A stretch of DNA of 64,000 nucleotides from NCBI GenBank assembly GCA_015680685.1, contig MNCI01000175.1, positions 259,093-323,092 on the forward strand, given 5' to 3'. Shown piece by piece: positions 49,565-61,999 of the stretch. The DNA comes from Gnetum montanum (Eukaryota > Plantae > Gnetophyta). The translations under genes and the position numbers were made by a program. Positions within the stretch are counted from its first letter, which is position 1, and every line of letters starts with the position of its first letter. The notes below the pieces were generated by a model, which saw nothing but the letters and a program-made list of their open reading frames with translations, was not told the DNA's origin and did not search any database.

Positions 49565-50465
49565 AAGTGTCATACATGTATCACCAACTAAGTTACCTAC
49601 CACTTAGATAACACCATTTTAGCAATGGAGTGTGGATATCATTGGGCCTATAACACCTAAGTCTTGAGTAGGGCATAACATCATCATCACCGCAACTGAA
49701 TACTTTAGTAAGTGCATTGAAGCTATTCCCCTAATAAGGATGATATCCAAACAAGTCTATAAACTCATCCTAGATAACATTGTAGCCTATTTTGGCATAC
49801 CCATGATCATAGTTACAAATAATTGATCATAGTTTAGTAGCCAAGAGATAAAGGGTTTCAATCATAACATAGGCATTAAGCATTCTTTCTCATTTTCATA
49901 TTACCCTCAAGCCAACAGACAAGCAGAAGTGAACAACAAGGCTATCATCAACTTGCTCAAGAAGTTGCTTAACAATAGCAAGTGCAAATGGCATGAGCAG
50001 CTTGTCCATGCACTCTAGGCCAATTGTACAACTTATCATAAGGTAATTAGTATAAGACCTTATATCTTGGTTTATGATTTCAAAGTTGTTTTACCTCTTT
50101 AGTTGCATGTACCATCACTTTGAGTAGCTCTAACCAAATTCAACAATGATGAGCAAAGTAAGAAGTTGTAGATAGTAGACCTATACTCAGAGGAGGAGCA
50201 ACGTGTGCAAGAACTTGTGCACATTGAGTGGTATTTAGAGAGGAAAAAATAGTAGAACCACCATAACTTGATCAAGTGTAAGATAGAGGGTGACCTGGTA
50301 CTCAAAGCCTTTCACAAGCATGCAGATAAATTCTTAGCCAATTGGAAAGAGCCCTTCCTTGTCACTAAAGCCTATAGCAATAAAGCATTCAAGATCATAG
50401 ACACGGATGGGAATGAGTTGGTCAATCCGGTCAACCATTCCTATCTAAAGCCTTATTACATGTGA
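49565..50465 (+). pseudogene. Integrase core and C-terminus of the outer Tat element
   Basis: QWSVDIIGPI, TEYFSKCIEAIP, YYPQANRQAE, KFLANWKEPF...NPVNHSYLKPYYM*. Confidence 0.92.
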
Positions 50466-50519
50466 CCTACATGTAGCCTACAATAGCCATGATATCAATG
50501 ATCATCAATAAATGAGCCT

Positions 50520-50670
50520 ACTTTACTATGACATTTCAAGGCCTTAAATTAGTAATACAGCCTACCGGGGCCTTAAACTGGCACCAAAATCCACTATGAC
50601 CTTAAACTAACACCATGGCCTACCAAGGCCTTAAATTGGTATCGTGGCCCATCATGGATTTAAACTAGAA
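50520..50670 (+). repeat. 3'-UTR array of GGCCTTAAAYTRGCA motifs (outer Tat)
   Basis: Five copies with ~30-nt period after the integrase stop. Confidence 0.82.
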
Positions 50671-51660
50671 ACATTGGTAACTTGGGCAGCTTGGTTTTGT
50701 GTCCTATATGCATTGTAATGTTATAACATGTTCTATTTACTTGGTTTTCTTATCCTCTTAGAGTTGTGTTTGCAGGATGAGGCTTGAAGCCATTGTAAGG
50801 GTGTAATTCCTTACAATAGAAAGTCACTATGTGACATTGATGTGCAAGATTTAGTGAGTTTGTCCTACTTTACCAAGAGTGCTTATGCCATTTCCCTCCA
50901 TCTAGCATCACTCCTTGAGCCCAACCTCATAGCCTTATTATGACCTTCCATACCTTGAAAACCAATGTTAACATATGCTTGCCACTCATGCACTATGGCT
51001 AGGTGATATTTCTTCATCATGCTTCATTCCCAAGTCCACTTGGATGTAACATAGCTTATTTAATGGAAAAATAATTAATTCCATCAAAACCAACTAGTTT
51101 GATGGGAAAACCAAGTCTGTTGGGTGTAACACAACTCATTCAATGGGAAAGCTATATCAAAGTGGCCTTGGCAATGAGACCCAATGAAAGTTTTACCCCA
51201 TAAAAAAAAGAGCAAGGGAAAGAAAGTTACCAATAAGTTGAATAGCCAATAAAGCCTTTAAGCCCAATGGCCAAACAAGTCTTGGACCAAAGTGATCAAG
51301 TCCTCAAATGCACTTGCTAAGTGACCAACACTTCAAAACATGTCAATGTCATCCTATAGCCATGATGACAACACTTGGAATGCATTGTTGGCCTCCATGG
51401 CCATCTCCCTAATGACCATTACCACCACCTCATCATAGCTTTATCCCATCATCATAAGCACTCTTTAGCATGGTTTGAGATAACTAGATTAGGTAGAGAG
51501 AGGGAATGTTACTTATGAACATGTAGTGGTGGTTTGTATTCTTTATTGATGCCTTTGTAACACCACCAAATTTTCATATTATAACCTTTGTAATCCCATC
51601 CCATGAAACCTAAGGTAAAACTTCATTGGAAATGTGAAATTTGTAACCGATGAGGGGCAA

Positions 51661-52978
51661 TCTCACATGTTTCATACTTTTGGGACTAAAAAATTCATAA
51701 CTAGTCAAAGACTCATTCTACATGAAAAAAGAGTTACCTAGTGTCTATATTTGGGCTTTGGGGAGGGGGTCAAAGATGCCTTTTGGGATGCCAAAATTGG
51801 TGATTTTATGGGTTTTATGTGGGCTATACACTTTTCTATGTTGGAAACACCAGCAAGGGGTACCCCCCCACACCCCCTCCTTCCCCCCAAGTGTAGAGGC
51901 ATCAAAACTAGCATGGAGGGGTGTAGGAGAGTGGATCTCACCTATCCCCAACTTAGAAGGGGGCTAATGCTTAGCATGGGAGGGTTTGGCTTTCATTCCT
52001 AGTGTTGATCTTTCATCCCACCAACATTGATACCTCCTCCCCAATGTGGAAGCAACATGATCAAGATATTAACTTCACATCAACTTCGATGAGAACCCTC
52101 CAATGCCAATGTGGATGGAGTAAAGCTAGTGTGCAAGGTGCATCCCCATTACTATTTTTTGTAAAAGGAATGACCATGGAGGTATGATACTTTCCATATA
52201 TGATAACCCCTCCCATCCCTCCTAGATTTTTTGCACCTACCCCCATGCAATGGTAGAAATTTGTAGCAATTTTCAGCCTAATATGTCATCCTTTTGTAGA
52301 AAATTTGCAGCCCATTTCATGGCCAAAAACCTATAAAAACCAAATCCCCATAACATTTCAAGGTTCCACACTTTTGGCATTTCTTGGCATTTGGCATGTT
52401 GGGCATTCGAGCTCTTGCTACCTAGCAGAAACATAGCTTCTTGAAGTCTTCTAACATAGAACCATTATAGCCTTATTACCCTTATTACTTGCCTTGGGAT
52501 TTGTGAGCCTTGGGTGTCGACGCTGCCCTCCTCGGATCTTCAAATCCCAATATGGAGCATTTTGGCAACATCAATCCTTCACATTTCTCAACCCTAGTAA
52601 TGAACAATGTTGTAGCTTTTGAGTAGTAGTAGAGAAGGTTCAATAACATTGGGAGTGGCTAAGCATCCGGGTCATGAAGTGGATTCTATTAGCTTCAATG
52701 GACTTAAAATCCCCACCCATGTGAACCCCTCTTTACTCTCCTACAAGCATTTTTTGTACACATTTCTAAACCCATTCTTTATTTGTCTAATAAAGTTTAT
52801 CATTTCATTTTGTGTGTAATTTGTATTCATTTTGAGTTTTTAGATCTACAATTTTTACATTTTTCATAATCATATTTGCACCCCATAAGTCCTTGGATGA
52901 TCTACCAAACCATCCAAGATACTTTGAATCCCATTTTTCTGTAGAGGCCCTAGGGATTCAAGGTTGAGATTGCTTGCA
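51661..52978 (+). repeat. Putative 3' LTR of the outer Tat element
   Basis: Follows PPT GAGGGGCAA (51652-51660); CTATAAAA at ~52331; contains AGCATGGA/AATGTGGA half-sites of the intron palindrome; right end (TTGCA, 52978) inferred from the switch to unrelated minus-strand coding debris. Partner LTR is outside the window. Confidence 0.6.
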
Positions 52979-52979
52979 G

Positions 52980-54800
52980 TTGAGAATCCTTAGCTTTCTA
53001 GTGGTTGATATTTTTGGTTGCTACACATTTGGATTTGTTTTTTGTTGCTTTGCTTATACATGTCCACTTAGTCTTTGAAATGCTCTTTTAGCCTTTCATG
53101 CTTTTTGGCCTTTGTTTTCCACACACTAATCTCAATAGTTGATTTCTAGTGGATTGCACAAACTTCGTTTATTAATAGGATTGTGTTCTTCCTAGTCATT
53201 TTTTGCATGTATTGGTTAACTCTTGTAAATTGATATATAAGCTAATGGATACTCTCTTTGAGGACATTCTTTTGTTTCTCAATATTAGTCAAATTTATGT
53301 TCTTTGTAGTACTTTTCTTATTTTATTCATCTAGAATAGTTAGAGCTTTAGCATGTGCATATGTCTATACTTTAGCCACTAAATCATTCCACATTACTTT
53401 TTCCTTCTCCATTTCCACTTGAATTTTTTTGGTAATTAGCTATTCTACTTGTTCAATTTTGAATTTGTCCATATAGTGTGACACTACATATTATGCAGGG
53501 TCTTTTTTCTCTACCCTTAATGCTACCAATTTAGATTTCAACCTCTACACTTCATTTTCTACCTGTTTGGCTATAGTTTTTAGCCAATACTAGCTTGCCC
53601 TTTAATGAAATAAGCTCTAACTACATTTTAGTAATATTACTAGGGATATCAAAAAGGTTTTGCATCACTTGTCCTATCTACAGCAATCAATCTAGGATAT
53701 CTTCATACTCTTATGGGGCCATGCAAGTTCTAGCTGTTGGTTCAATGTCTTTGGTTCCAATCATAGCTACTGGTGACACAATGAAACATTAAAGGATTCT
53801 TTGATATGATTAGTATTAACTTTAGTTGCTCTTACTACATCTTGGTGTTGCATGATCACAACTATGGCTTCTTCTTTTATCTCTAGCATAACTTGGAAGG
53901 ATGCAACATTCCTTGATATTTTCTATGTCTAGTCCTCATCTTCTCTTACTTATAAGGATATTTAATCACTAGTAGGTCCTATTAATATTATTGGCCTTAC
54001 AGGATTGTCGTTGACTTTGTACATACTTGAGATTCTCTATTTCCCTAGTTGATTATCTCGGTAATTTACTGTAGATGGCTCATAGAAGGCCTATGGTCCT
54101 ATTATGCTATGGAGCACTTGATCTAGGTCTATCACCAACTAGCATTGACCCACTAGGTCCTACTTGATTCTATCCCATAACTAGGATGTTTCTTGTTGAT
54201 TTGGATCATATAGCTTCCTTGGTGCTTGATGGCTTCTCTAGTTGATCTTTCTTAATAGGCATTTGTTTTGACATTTCTACATAGGATGCATTATGAGATT
54301 TATGTAAAACATCATTTGTGTAGCCTAGAATCTTAGCTTTCTTGCATAACCTTTCGATGAGGTAAGAGGATGGCAAAATGAGTTTCCCTGCCTTCTTCTC
54401 TTTAAACCTTCTTTGAATCTCTAGAAACAATAAAGGGGTCTTGTTTTCCTAGAATTTTCCCATGAGGATGATGCTTCTTTATGTAGTATAGGTGGAAATT
54501 TTGTTTAATATTTTGGTGGGGAAAATATGATAAGTTTTGATCTTGAAATATATCTTCTCTTTAGTGGAAAATTCACTAGATCCTTTATTTTCTTTACCAT
54601 AAGCCCTTTGTAGCTACAACCTCTTTAAATCTATGTTAGATCTTAATAAGATTTATGCAATATTTTCTCTAACATTTGGAAGCTTCACTACCTTGGCAAT
54701 TGCTTCAACTGAATAGGGCATTGTGATTCCATCAATTCTTACAATAGCATCATATTATTTATTCTTTTCAAAATTGGTATAGTTTCCCTAATGATGAATC
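52980..54800 (-). pseudogene. Remnant env-like ORF of an older Athila-like element
   Basis: GKLYQF...IVRIDGITMPYSVEAIAKVVKLP...EKIYFKIKTYHIFP...LFLEIQRRFKEKKAGKLILPSSYLIERLCK aligns with GKTYLF...RVRIKDIYVSYSAEVIVQALGFP...ERVYSKITSYHLNP...LFLDIEKRFTKSKHGRRALPFPCLIRKLCK at 17580-18030. Confidence 0.8.
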
Positions 54801-54949
54801 ATGGTTTGTCAGGTGTTGATATCAGACACTTGTTAACCAAGTGCTGATATCAGACCCTTGTTATCGAACCCCTAATATTTGATAAGTCCTATTATCAAAT
54901 CCCCATGTGAGCTAGAATGATTATTATATTTAATGTTTTAGTTTTAGTT

Positions 54950-55930
54950 TGAAGAATATGCTTCCTAAACACCACTAAAGAAATATGGAATAGATTATAC
55001 CCAGATTAGCTCAGTAATAAAAAAATCAACATACAAAAGAACTATTGTACAAAATTCAATTCGAAAAATTGGAAATCAAAAAATATAAAGGTATAAAGGA
55101 CTTCTTCCAAAGAATGTATAATTAAATGAAAAATATTAATGAGTTTATTTGTGACTTCACTCAACATCAAAAGGTCCAAAAGTTGTGGCAACTCTTTACA
55201 ATGATTCCAAATATTAAAATATGATTATGAACTTTCTTCAAAATAAAGATTACAAAAAAATTTCTATTGATGATATAGTTGTTTGAATCAAAATCCTAAA
55301 AAGTATAAGAATAGATAACACTATAAAGAAATAAGTATTTATAGCAAGTAGAAGAAGAGGAAGAGTAAATACAGGAAGAGGAAGATTCAATAGAAACTAT
55401 ACATAAAACAAAATAATTAAGATATAATAAAACATTTCCAAAAAGAAAATAGAGGTAAAGGATTCAAGAGAGGAAGGTAGAAACCATAACAATAAAGCAA
55501 TGCTATATACAATCCCATTCCACCATGTAAATTTTTCAAAAAGAGAGTTCACACAATAGAGACTTGCTAGGGTAAAATTGCATTTATTGCACTTGAACTC
55601 CAAAACAAACATCAAAAGGAAGACACTATTGAAACATCAACTTAAGAAGAAAACCAAGGTAATTTCAAAGATTTTAATTCAAACAATACTATTAAATCAA
55701 ATTCTTGGATTATAAATAGTGGTTATTCTAATCATATGATACCCCATAAGTCTCATCTTCTTCAATATAAACCAAATAAGATTGAAAACATAAAAATAGA
55801 TTATGACAATCATCTCAATATATAAAAGATTAAAAATTCCATTGTCAAACTTCCTAATAGTAAATTTATTACTTTAAGTAACGTGCTATGTATACCAAAT
55901 CTTTTAAATCCTTTGCTATAATACCATAAT
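54950..55930 (+). pseudogene. Highly degenerate Ty1/copia gag-protease fragment
   Basis: SWIINSGYSNHMIP...ITLSNVLCIPNL at ~55700-55905 (copia WIIDSGxSNHM...LxNVLYVP); the upstream gag assignment is weak. Confidence 0.7.
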
Positions 55931-56449
55931 TCATGATGAACTAAAAAATTTTCATTTTTGTTAAAAATCAGTAGAACTTCAATCATCTACAGATTTATGA
56001 TTATATCATTAACTATAAACATAAGCATTTCTAGAAAATAAGAAAATGTATTACAACTATAAATACAAAATCTTTCCAATAGCATGTACAAAATCTCTTG
56101 AAAACAAAAATGTTTGAAGATTAGTTAGAAGACATAGTGCTAAAGGTTATAAAAAATATTACTATGCAATAGAAGTTTATGAGTAAGAAGAAAAGGCTTG
56201 AGGAAGAATATTTGTAGGCAAGGTTACCTATCAAAAATTCCTATCATAAAAAAGCTTATATAAGGAATTCATGACATTACTTCAAGAGAAAAAATAAAAT
56301 TTTTAAAAGAGCACCAAAACAATATGGTACAAATAATAAAGTAAGATCTACAAAATGTTCATAAACTTTTAAAAAATAAAATTTTTTCAAGTAATAATAT
56401 TCCATTTACATAAATAAAATGGTTTTACTAGAACCTGTTTCATCATGGT

Positions 56450-57450
56450 ATAAATACTATGATTAGTTGCATACTCCTAAATATTTTACAGTTTATATAT
56501 AATGAAGTAATAGAAGGAATCAAGAAATTAGCTTCTAGAAAAGCTCTAAATGCAAAAGAATTGTAAACTAAATTATTAAATTGTGGTGAAGAGCTAGTTT
56601 GGAGAGAGACTTAGAAAATGCTTAATAAAAGACTTCAAAATAGTTTCAATAGACAAGGAATAATTAGTAGAGTTATAAGTTTTTTAAAAAAGAGAGACAT
56701 AAAATTTAAATAATTATAGATTAATCATGATTATTAGCTTGTTTGAAAACTTGTTAGGTACCATTTTGACATAAAAATTAGGATCTTGAATAGAAGAAAG
56801 CAATTTATGTATTATTTTATAAGCATAATTTAGAAAAAACATTCTATAGTAGACCATTTGGTTACTCTTACATATTTCATTAAATAAGCAAAGGAAAAAC
56901 AGGGTAAATATTTATTTACTTTGTAGATTTTACTAAAGCTTTTGCCTCTCTTGTGAGTAAACAATCATGGAGTAAACTTATTAAACTTAAAGTTGATTTT
57001 TCTTTACTCACTGTTATCCAAAATGTATATATACAAATGATTTTTAAATTAATAGATAAAGAAACTACATAATCTTGTTAGTTTTACAATAATATAGGAG
57101 TAAAGCAAGGCTATCCTTTTCACAAACTTTATTTGGTATGTTTATTGATAAACTAGAGGAGTGGATTAAAAATGTGTGTACAATTTATGCTATTAAATTG
57201 GAACAATCATGGACATGACTTTTAATCTTCACAAATGATGTAGTACTAATAGAAAATTTAGAAAAGGAATAAAATCAATGTTGCATCAACTATAACATTT
57301 TTTTGAATGTACAAAAATGAAGATTTATATTGGAAAAAAAGTGACATTTTGTGAAACTAATAAGAGAGATTGTAGTTTCTTACCAAACAATAAAAAATTT
57401 GAGATTAATGACACTTACTATTAATCTGTAGTTACGTAATGTCAATCATT
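56450..57450 (+). mobile_element. Degenerate LINE reverse transcriptase fragment (RTE-like by inference)
   Basis: EVIEGIKKLASRKA, NYRLIMI, DHLVTL, YFVDFTKAF, NIGVKQGYP..TLFGMFIDKLE, LLIFTNDVVLI in the expected order. Confidence 0.85.
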
Positions 57451-58031
57451 TGGAAAGTAATAGCAGATGTAATTCTTTTCAAAGTAATTGAAAACTGTAA
57501 TTGGCATAATAATATATTATTGATAAAATATTTAGTATGTGATCTTCAAACCTTTCAGCCATTATAGATTATTAAATATGTTCCTCCTTTTTGACCTAAC
57601 TTTGCTTGACTTAACTTTCTTTCACAATAGTACTAGCCAGATCCCTCTTTAAGTGAATGAGCTAACATAAAGCTTTATCAAATGATACAACTTAATATAG
57701 CTTCAATTTTATGAATTCATAATAATTAATATTATAAAATCATAACATAAACTAGTTTTTAACTCTATGAACTAATCGTAAATACTTGTGAATTACAAAT
57801 TGGTTATTTTATTACTAATTAACTCTTATATACTACAACTTAACTCATTGATGTTCTAAGACTTTAGCTTGACTACAAAGGATGTTACAATAAGGTATAA
57901 ATTATCCTCTAATACTCCTCATTAACTCATACTTTTTCTTTTTCCATCTTTTTTTCATAAAAGAATGTGAAGTGTTCCTAGATGATTATATTAGTATGAA
58001 AATTCCATCTCAACTGAGCCATCTAGTTACA

Positions 58032-58620
58032 ACTCCTCCTCAATTCAAATTATGATGAGGTGATACCAAAGATACCCAAACACAAAAATATTTAAATGAT
58101 TGTTATGCAAGAACTTTCATAAAGCCATTCACCTTCTCTGATTTCGTGGAACTATACTAAACATCAATGAAGTTCTCATGGCACTTTTGTTAAATGAAAT
58201 GTACACTAATCTTGATGTGTTTGCTCTTGTCAAGATAGACTAAATTTTGGAAAACTTTAACTATTGCTTGATTATCACTGAACATCAACTCCTATTTTTG
58301 TGAGAAGTTGTTTGATCTAGATAACATCTTGAATGATTTCTCATAGAGCTTGATACTCTACTTCCATAGAAGATAAGGTGATAATTCATTGCTTACTACT
58401 CCTCTAACTAATAGAATTTTGAAAGAACTAAATCAAAAATCTAGTTCTTAAACTACAATCTATTGTATCTCCTCCATAAACAACATTGGTATAAACTTCT
58501 AATGTATTAAATGCATTAATAAATTACAATCCTTATATTTAGGTTTCTTTTAGGTAATAAAAGATTAGGAATGCAGCATGCATATGTTACTAGTTTGAAT
58601 TTTATATCATCATAGCTAGT
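58032..58620 (-). pseudogene. Ty1/copia RNase H fragment with downstream PPT
   Basis: YTNVVYGGD...SKQ*IITLSSMEVEYQA...FSDNQA...KSKHIKISVHFI; followed on the minus strand by TGAGGAGGAGT|TGTAAC. Confidence 0.82.
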
Positions 58621-58703
58621 TGATTTACTACATATTAGATATTTGTTCTAGTAAGATAAATAAGTGGATCAATGAATTTTTTCTACTAGGTNTACTAGCT
58701 TAG

Positions 58704-58721
58704 ATATATATATATATATAT
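58704..58721. repeat. (AT)n microsatellite
   Basis: About 9 AT units. Confidence 0.9.
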
Positions 58722-58934
58722 TGGCCAAGATGATTTTAAAGAGGATGATGTTAACCAAGCCTAATTACTAGACGAGGTAACAAGATAACTAAAAATGGAG
58801 TCACTCATCCGTCCTCTATCTCTTTACCACTTACCCAATTTAGTTTTACCCTCTTAGTTTGCTCTGCCTTTGTTTGTTCATGGCAATTTTTGAGAAATAA
58901 ATCTCTCACATAAATAATACTAAAAAACACCATG

Positions 58935-60802
58935 AACAAGTGGGGAGGAGGTTCATAGCTGAGGATGTGGTAGAGAAAATTTAAATATATTAATTTTTTT
59001 TTAAAATTAAATCTCGTACATCATAAGAAAATATTATAGAATAAAGAACAAGTACAATGTAAATCCAAAATATTTTTAATGCTTAAAAATTGCACAAAAG
59101 ATTGGAATATCACCATTAAACTAAAGCAAGAAAATTTGCAAAGGTATGGAGGGCATCGGATCCATTTCATTACTCAAGAGCCATAATCTGGCCAAACATA
59201 TAATTTCTACAACAACCAAAATGATAGCAATAAAATGAAACCCTTTTGTTACTCATTCTAATCTTTCCAAGAATTAAATTAAGCCTCAAGCCTCAACCAA
59301 ATGTGTAACAAATCACATCTACTAATACTTTTGTTCAACCATGACCTATGAGTAGCCATAGGGTCATGTTGAAGACAACAACATTGTAAGAAGACATAAC
59401 TTAACTAAACTAGGCACAGCCTAGTAACTCACCTCACCTACAATGATCAAAAACTTTTAAGACCCTGGAGAATCAGCACTAGTCATGATGAAGGAAAAGT
59501 GAAAACAGAGCACCATGAGCTTGCATATGGCCATTGGCCAAGTGCTGGTGGACTTTGTTGGCTCATAAACAAGCATCCATCCATCATCATGTTCATGACT
59601 CATAACCCATGATGATGACCTTGTTTTGTTTTTTCTTTTATCAGCTAAGAGATGAAAAAAAGAGCAAAAGCCAACAATGACCAATAAACACACATGAATG
59701 TGTGAGTCATGGAAGAACCTTTGATGCTCCCAAAGGCCAATCAATGCAAATGCAATGTTTTCCTCACACCTCGCATGCCCCCGACTCAAACTTGATTTCT
59801 GTATGAGCAAACTCGGCCCTTCGGCCTTCGGTTACCAACTATGCATCAAAAGAATCCGATTCGTGGAAGCGAGGATTCGTAATTCTGAACATGTTTGGGT
59901 ACGTGTGCCTCAAGAAAAAGTGGGGACAAGTTCGTAGCCGGGGACATGATAGAGAAAATTTAAATATATTAGTTTTTTTAAAAAGATTAAATCTCATATG
60001 TCATAAAAATACATTTTAAAATATAGAACAAATACAATGTAAATCCAAAATATTGTTAATCCTTAAAACTTGCAAGAAGATTGAAAGATCACCATTAAAT
60101 TGAAGCAAGAAAATTAGTAAAGGTATGGAGGGCATTGAATCCATTTCCTTACTAAGGAGCCATAATGTGGCCAAACATATAATTTCTTCAACAACCAAAA
60201 TGACAATAATAAAATGAAATCCTTTTGTCACTCAATCCAATATTTCCAAAAATGAAATTAAGCCTCAAGCCTCAACCAAATTTATAACAAACTGCTAATA
60301 TTTTTGTTCAACAAGTGAGTAGCACCCTAGGAACTACTTGTGAGTAGCACGATAGGGCCACGTTGAAGATGACCGCATTATAAGAATACACAACTTAACT
60401 ACACTAGGCACTAGTCATGATGAAAGGAAAAGTAAAAATAGAGCACCATGAACTTGCATATGGCCATTGTCCATGTGATGGTGGGCTTTGTTACTTTATA
60501 AGCAAACAGATTTTTAAAAAAGTTGAACAAGCATCCATCCATCATCATGTTCATGAATCATGACCCATGACGATGACTGTGTTTTGTTTTTTGTTTTAAG
60601 CAGAGATACCAGAAAAAGGGAAAAAACCAGCAATGAACAATAAACACACGTGAATGTGAGTCATGGTGGAACCTTTGACGCTCCCAAAGCCAGGCGAATC
60701 CAAAGCCAGGCGAATCCATGCAACTGCAATGTTTTCCTTGCACGCGCCGTCCAAAAGTTGATTTCCGTATGACCCATACTTGCCCCTTCGGCCTTCGGTT
60801 TA
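58935..60802. repeat. Tandem duplication of a ~0.9-1.0 kb unit (58935-59835 and 59915-60802)
   Basis: Both copies begin AAGTGGGGA..GTTCRTAGC..TAGAGAAAATTTAAATATATTA and end GCCCTTCGGCCTTCGGT(T)TAC. Confidence 0.9.
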
Positions 60803-60809
60803 CATAGTC

Positions 60810-61651
60810 GCCCTTTCGTGATTTCCGTGTGTTTGTTTATTTATTCGTACTCCCTTATTTTCTGTGGTCCGTCTCATGCCGATGCCATGAATCTTGATTT
60901 CATGCTTGCCACTTAACAATGAAATGAATTTTTTGGTATGATTTAGAACGGGAGAAGATATGTAAGATTTTAATGCAAAATGCAGACATCGCAAAGAATT
61001 AAAAAAGGCAATAACAAAAAGGCAATAACAAAAAGGCAATAACAATACAAGGCAAGACAAGGGGACCATTTCAATGTATATGTACAAATCTAGACAAAAT
61101 TTCATTGAAAATTATGAAATACGTATCCATTGCGAATTTAATGCGCTTTTTTACGCTCCTGAATCGGACGCTAACAGTTCGTCAAAATTTATCCAGAATC
61201 GCAAATCTCCGACGCATAGGTTACCAACATAACCCTTTTGTGAGTTCCATCTGTTTGTTTATTCATTCGTACTCCCTTGTTTTCTGTGGTCTGTGTCATG
61301 CCGATGCCATGAATCTTAATTGCTTGCTGGTGACTTAAAAATGAAATGAAGTTTCTGTTAAGAAGTTTCTGTGCTTGCTGGTGACTTAAAAATGAAATGA
61401 AGTTTCTGTTAAGAAGTTTCTGTTAAGATTCAGTGCACGAGCAGATATGTAAGATTTTTAATGCACAATGCAGATATCGAGAAAAGGCAAGGTGACCATT
61501 CCAATGTATAAGTACAGATCTAAATAAAATTTCATTATAAATTATGAAATATGCACCCATTGTGGATTTAATGCATTTCTAGGCGCTCCCACATCCAACG
61601 CGAACAGTTTGTCAAAATTTAACCAGAGTAGTGAATCTTGGGGCATAGGTT
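60810..61651. repeat. Tandem duplication of a ~0.42 kb unit (60810-61225 and 61232-61651)
   Basis: Shared TGTTTGTTTATTYATTCGTACTCCCTT...GCCGATGCCATGAATCTT...GTCAAAATTTA...GCATAGGTT; internal 14-nt (x3) and ~52-nt (x2) duplications. Confidence 0.9.
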
Positions 61652-61671
61652 CAGACATTCTGCACACTTAC

Positions 61672-61854
61672 CTGCCATGCAGGTCATGCAAGTTCCACCC
61701 TGGCCCTGCTGACCATGCAGCCCTTGTTTGAGGGCCACTGCCCTCTGCAGGGCCACCCACAATCTGTGTTCCGCCATCACTCTCTATGCTCCAGCCCTCC
61801 TGCCGCTTGGACTGCTATCATTGCCAAAAGTGCTGCCCTCCCTCATGTGCCCAG
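61672..61854 (-). other. Candidate 183-nt exon (non-coding or pseudogenised)
   Basis: GC-rich block bracketed by TTGGTTTTGACAG| and CAG|GTAAGT on the minus strand; all three frames contain a stop. Confidence 0.35.
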
Positions 61855-61999
61855 CTGTCAAAACCAACAGCTGAGATTTATGTGATTTTGAATTTCATGA
61901 AATCTTACATGGTGCCTGATGTGGCATGGCAAAAAACTTCACTCCCTTCCCACCTTCCCATTGCATCAGAAGTGTTGGCCTCTCGGCCAAAACTAATCT

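Larger units (their letters stand above)
5799..52978 (+). mobile_element. Outer Ty3/gypsy Tat (Ogre-like) LTR retrotransposon, interrupted by three insertions; 5' end lies left of the window
   Basis: Colinear pieces: gag-PR 5799-7932, intron remainder 21178-27380, RT-RH-aRH-IN(N) 27381-29995, IN(C) 49565-50465, PPT 51652-51660, putative LTR. Protein-level homology to the inner element throughout; the integrase frame rejoins across the inner insertion. Confidence 0.85.

Noticed and set aside
54808-54905. Short TGATATCAGAC repeats as a possible LTR or TIR end
   Set aside because: No partner terminus, TSD or PBS found in the window.
57530-58031. LTR belonging to the copia RNase H fragment
   Set aside because: A PPT-TG start is visible at 58031, but a second PPT-like site lies near 57915 and no partner LTR or clear end can be found.
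60016-60231. Hydrophobic 71-aa ORF as a small membrane protein
   Set aside because: The duplicate copy at ~59040-59250 has an in-frame stop and a diverging C-terminus, and there is no recognisable motif.
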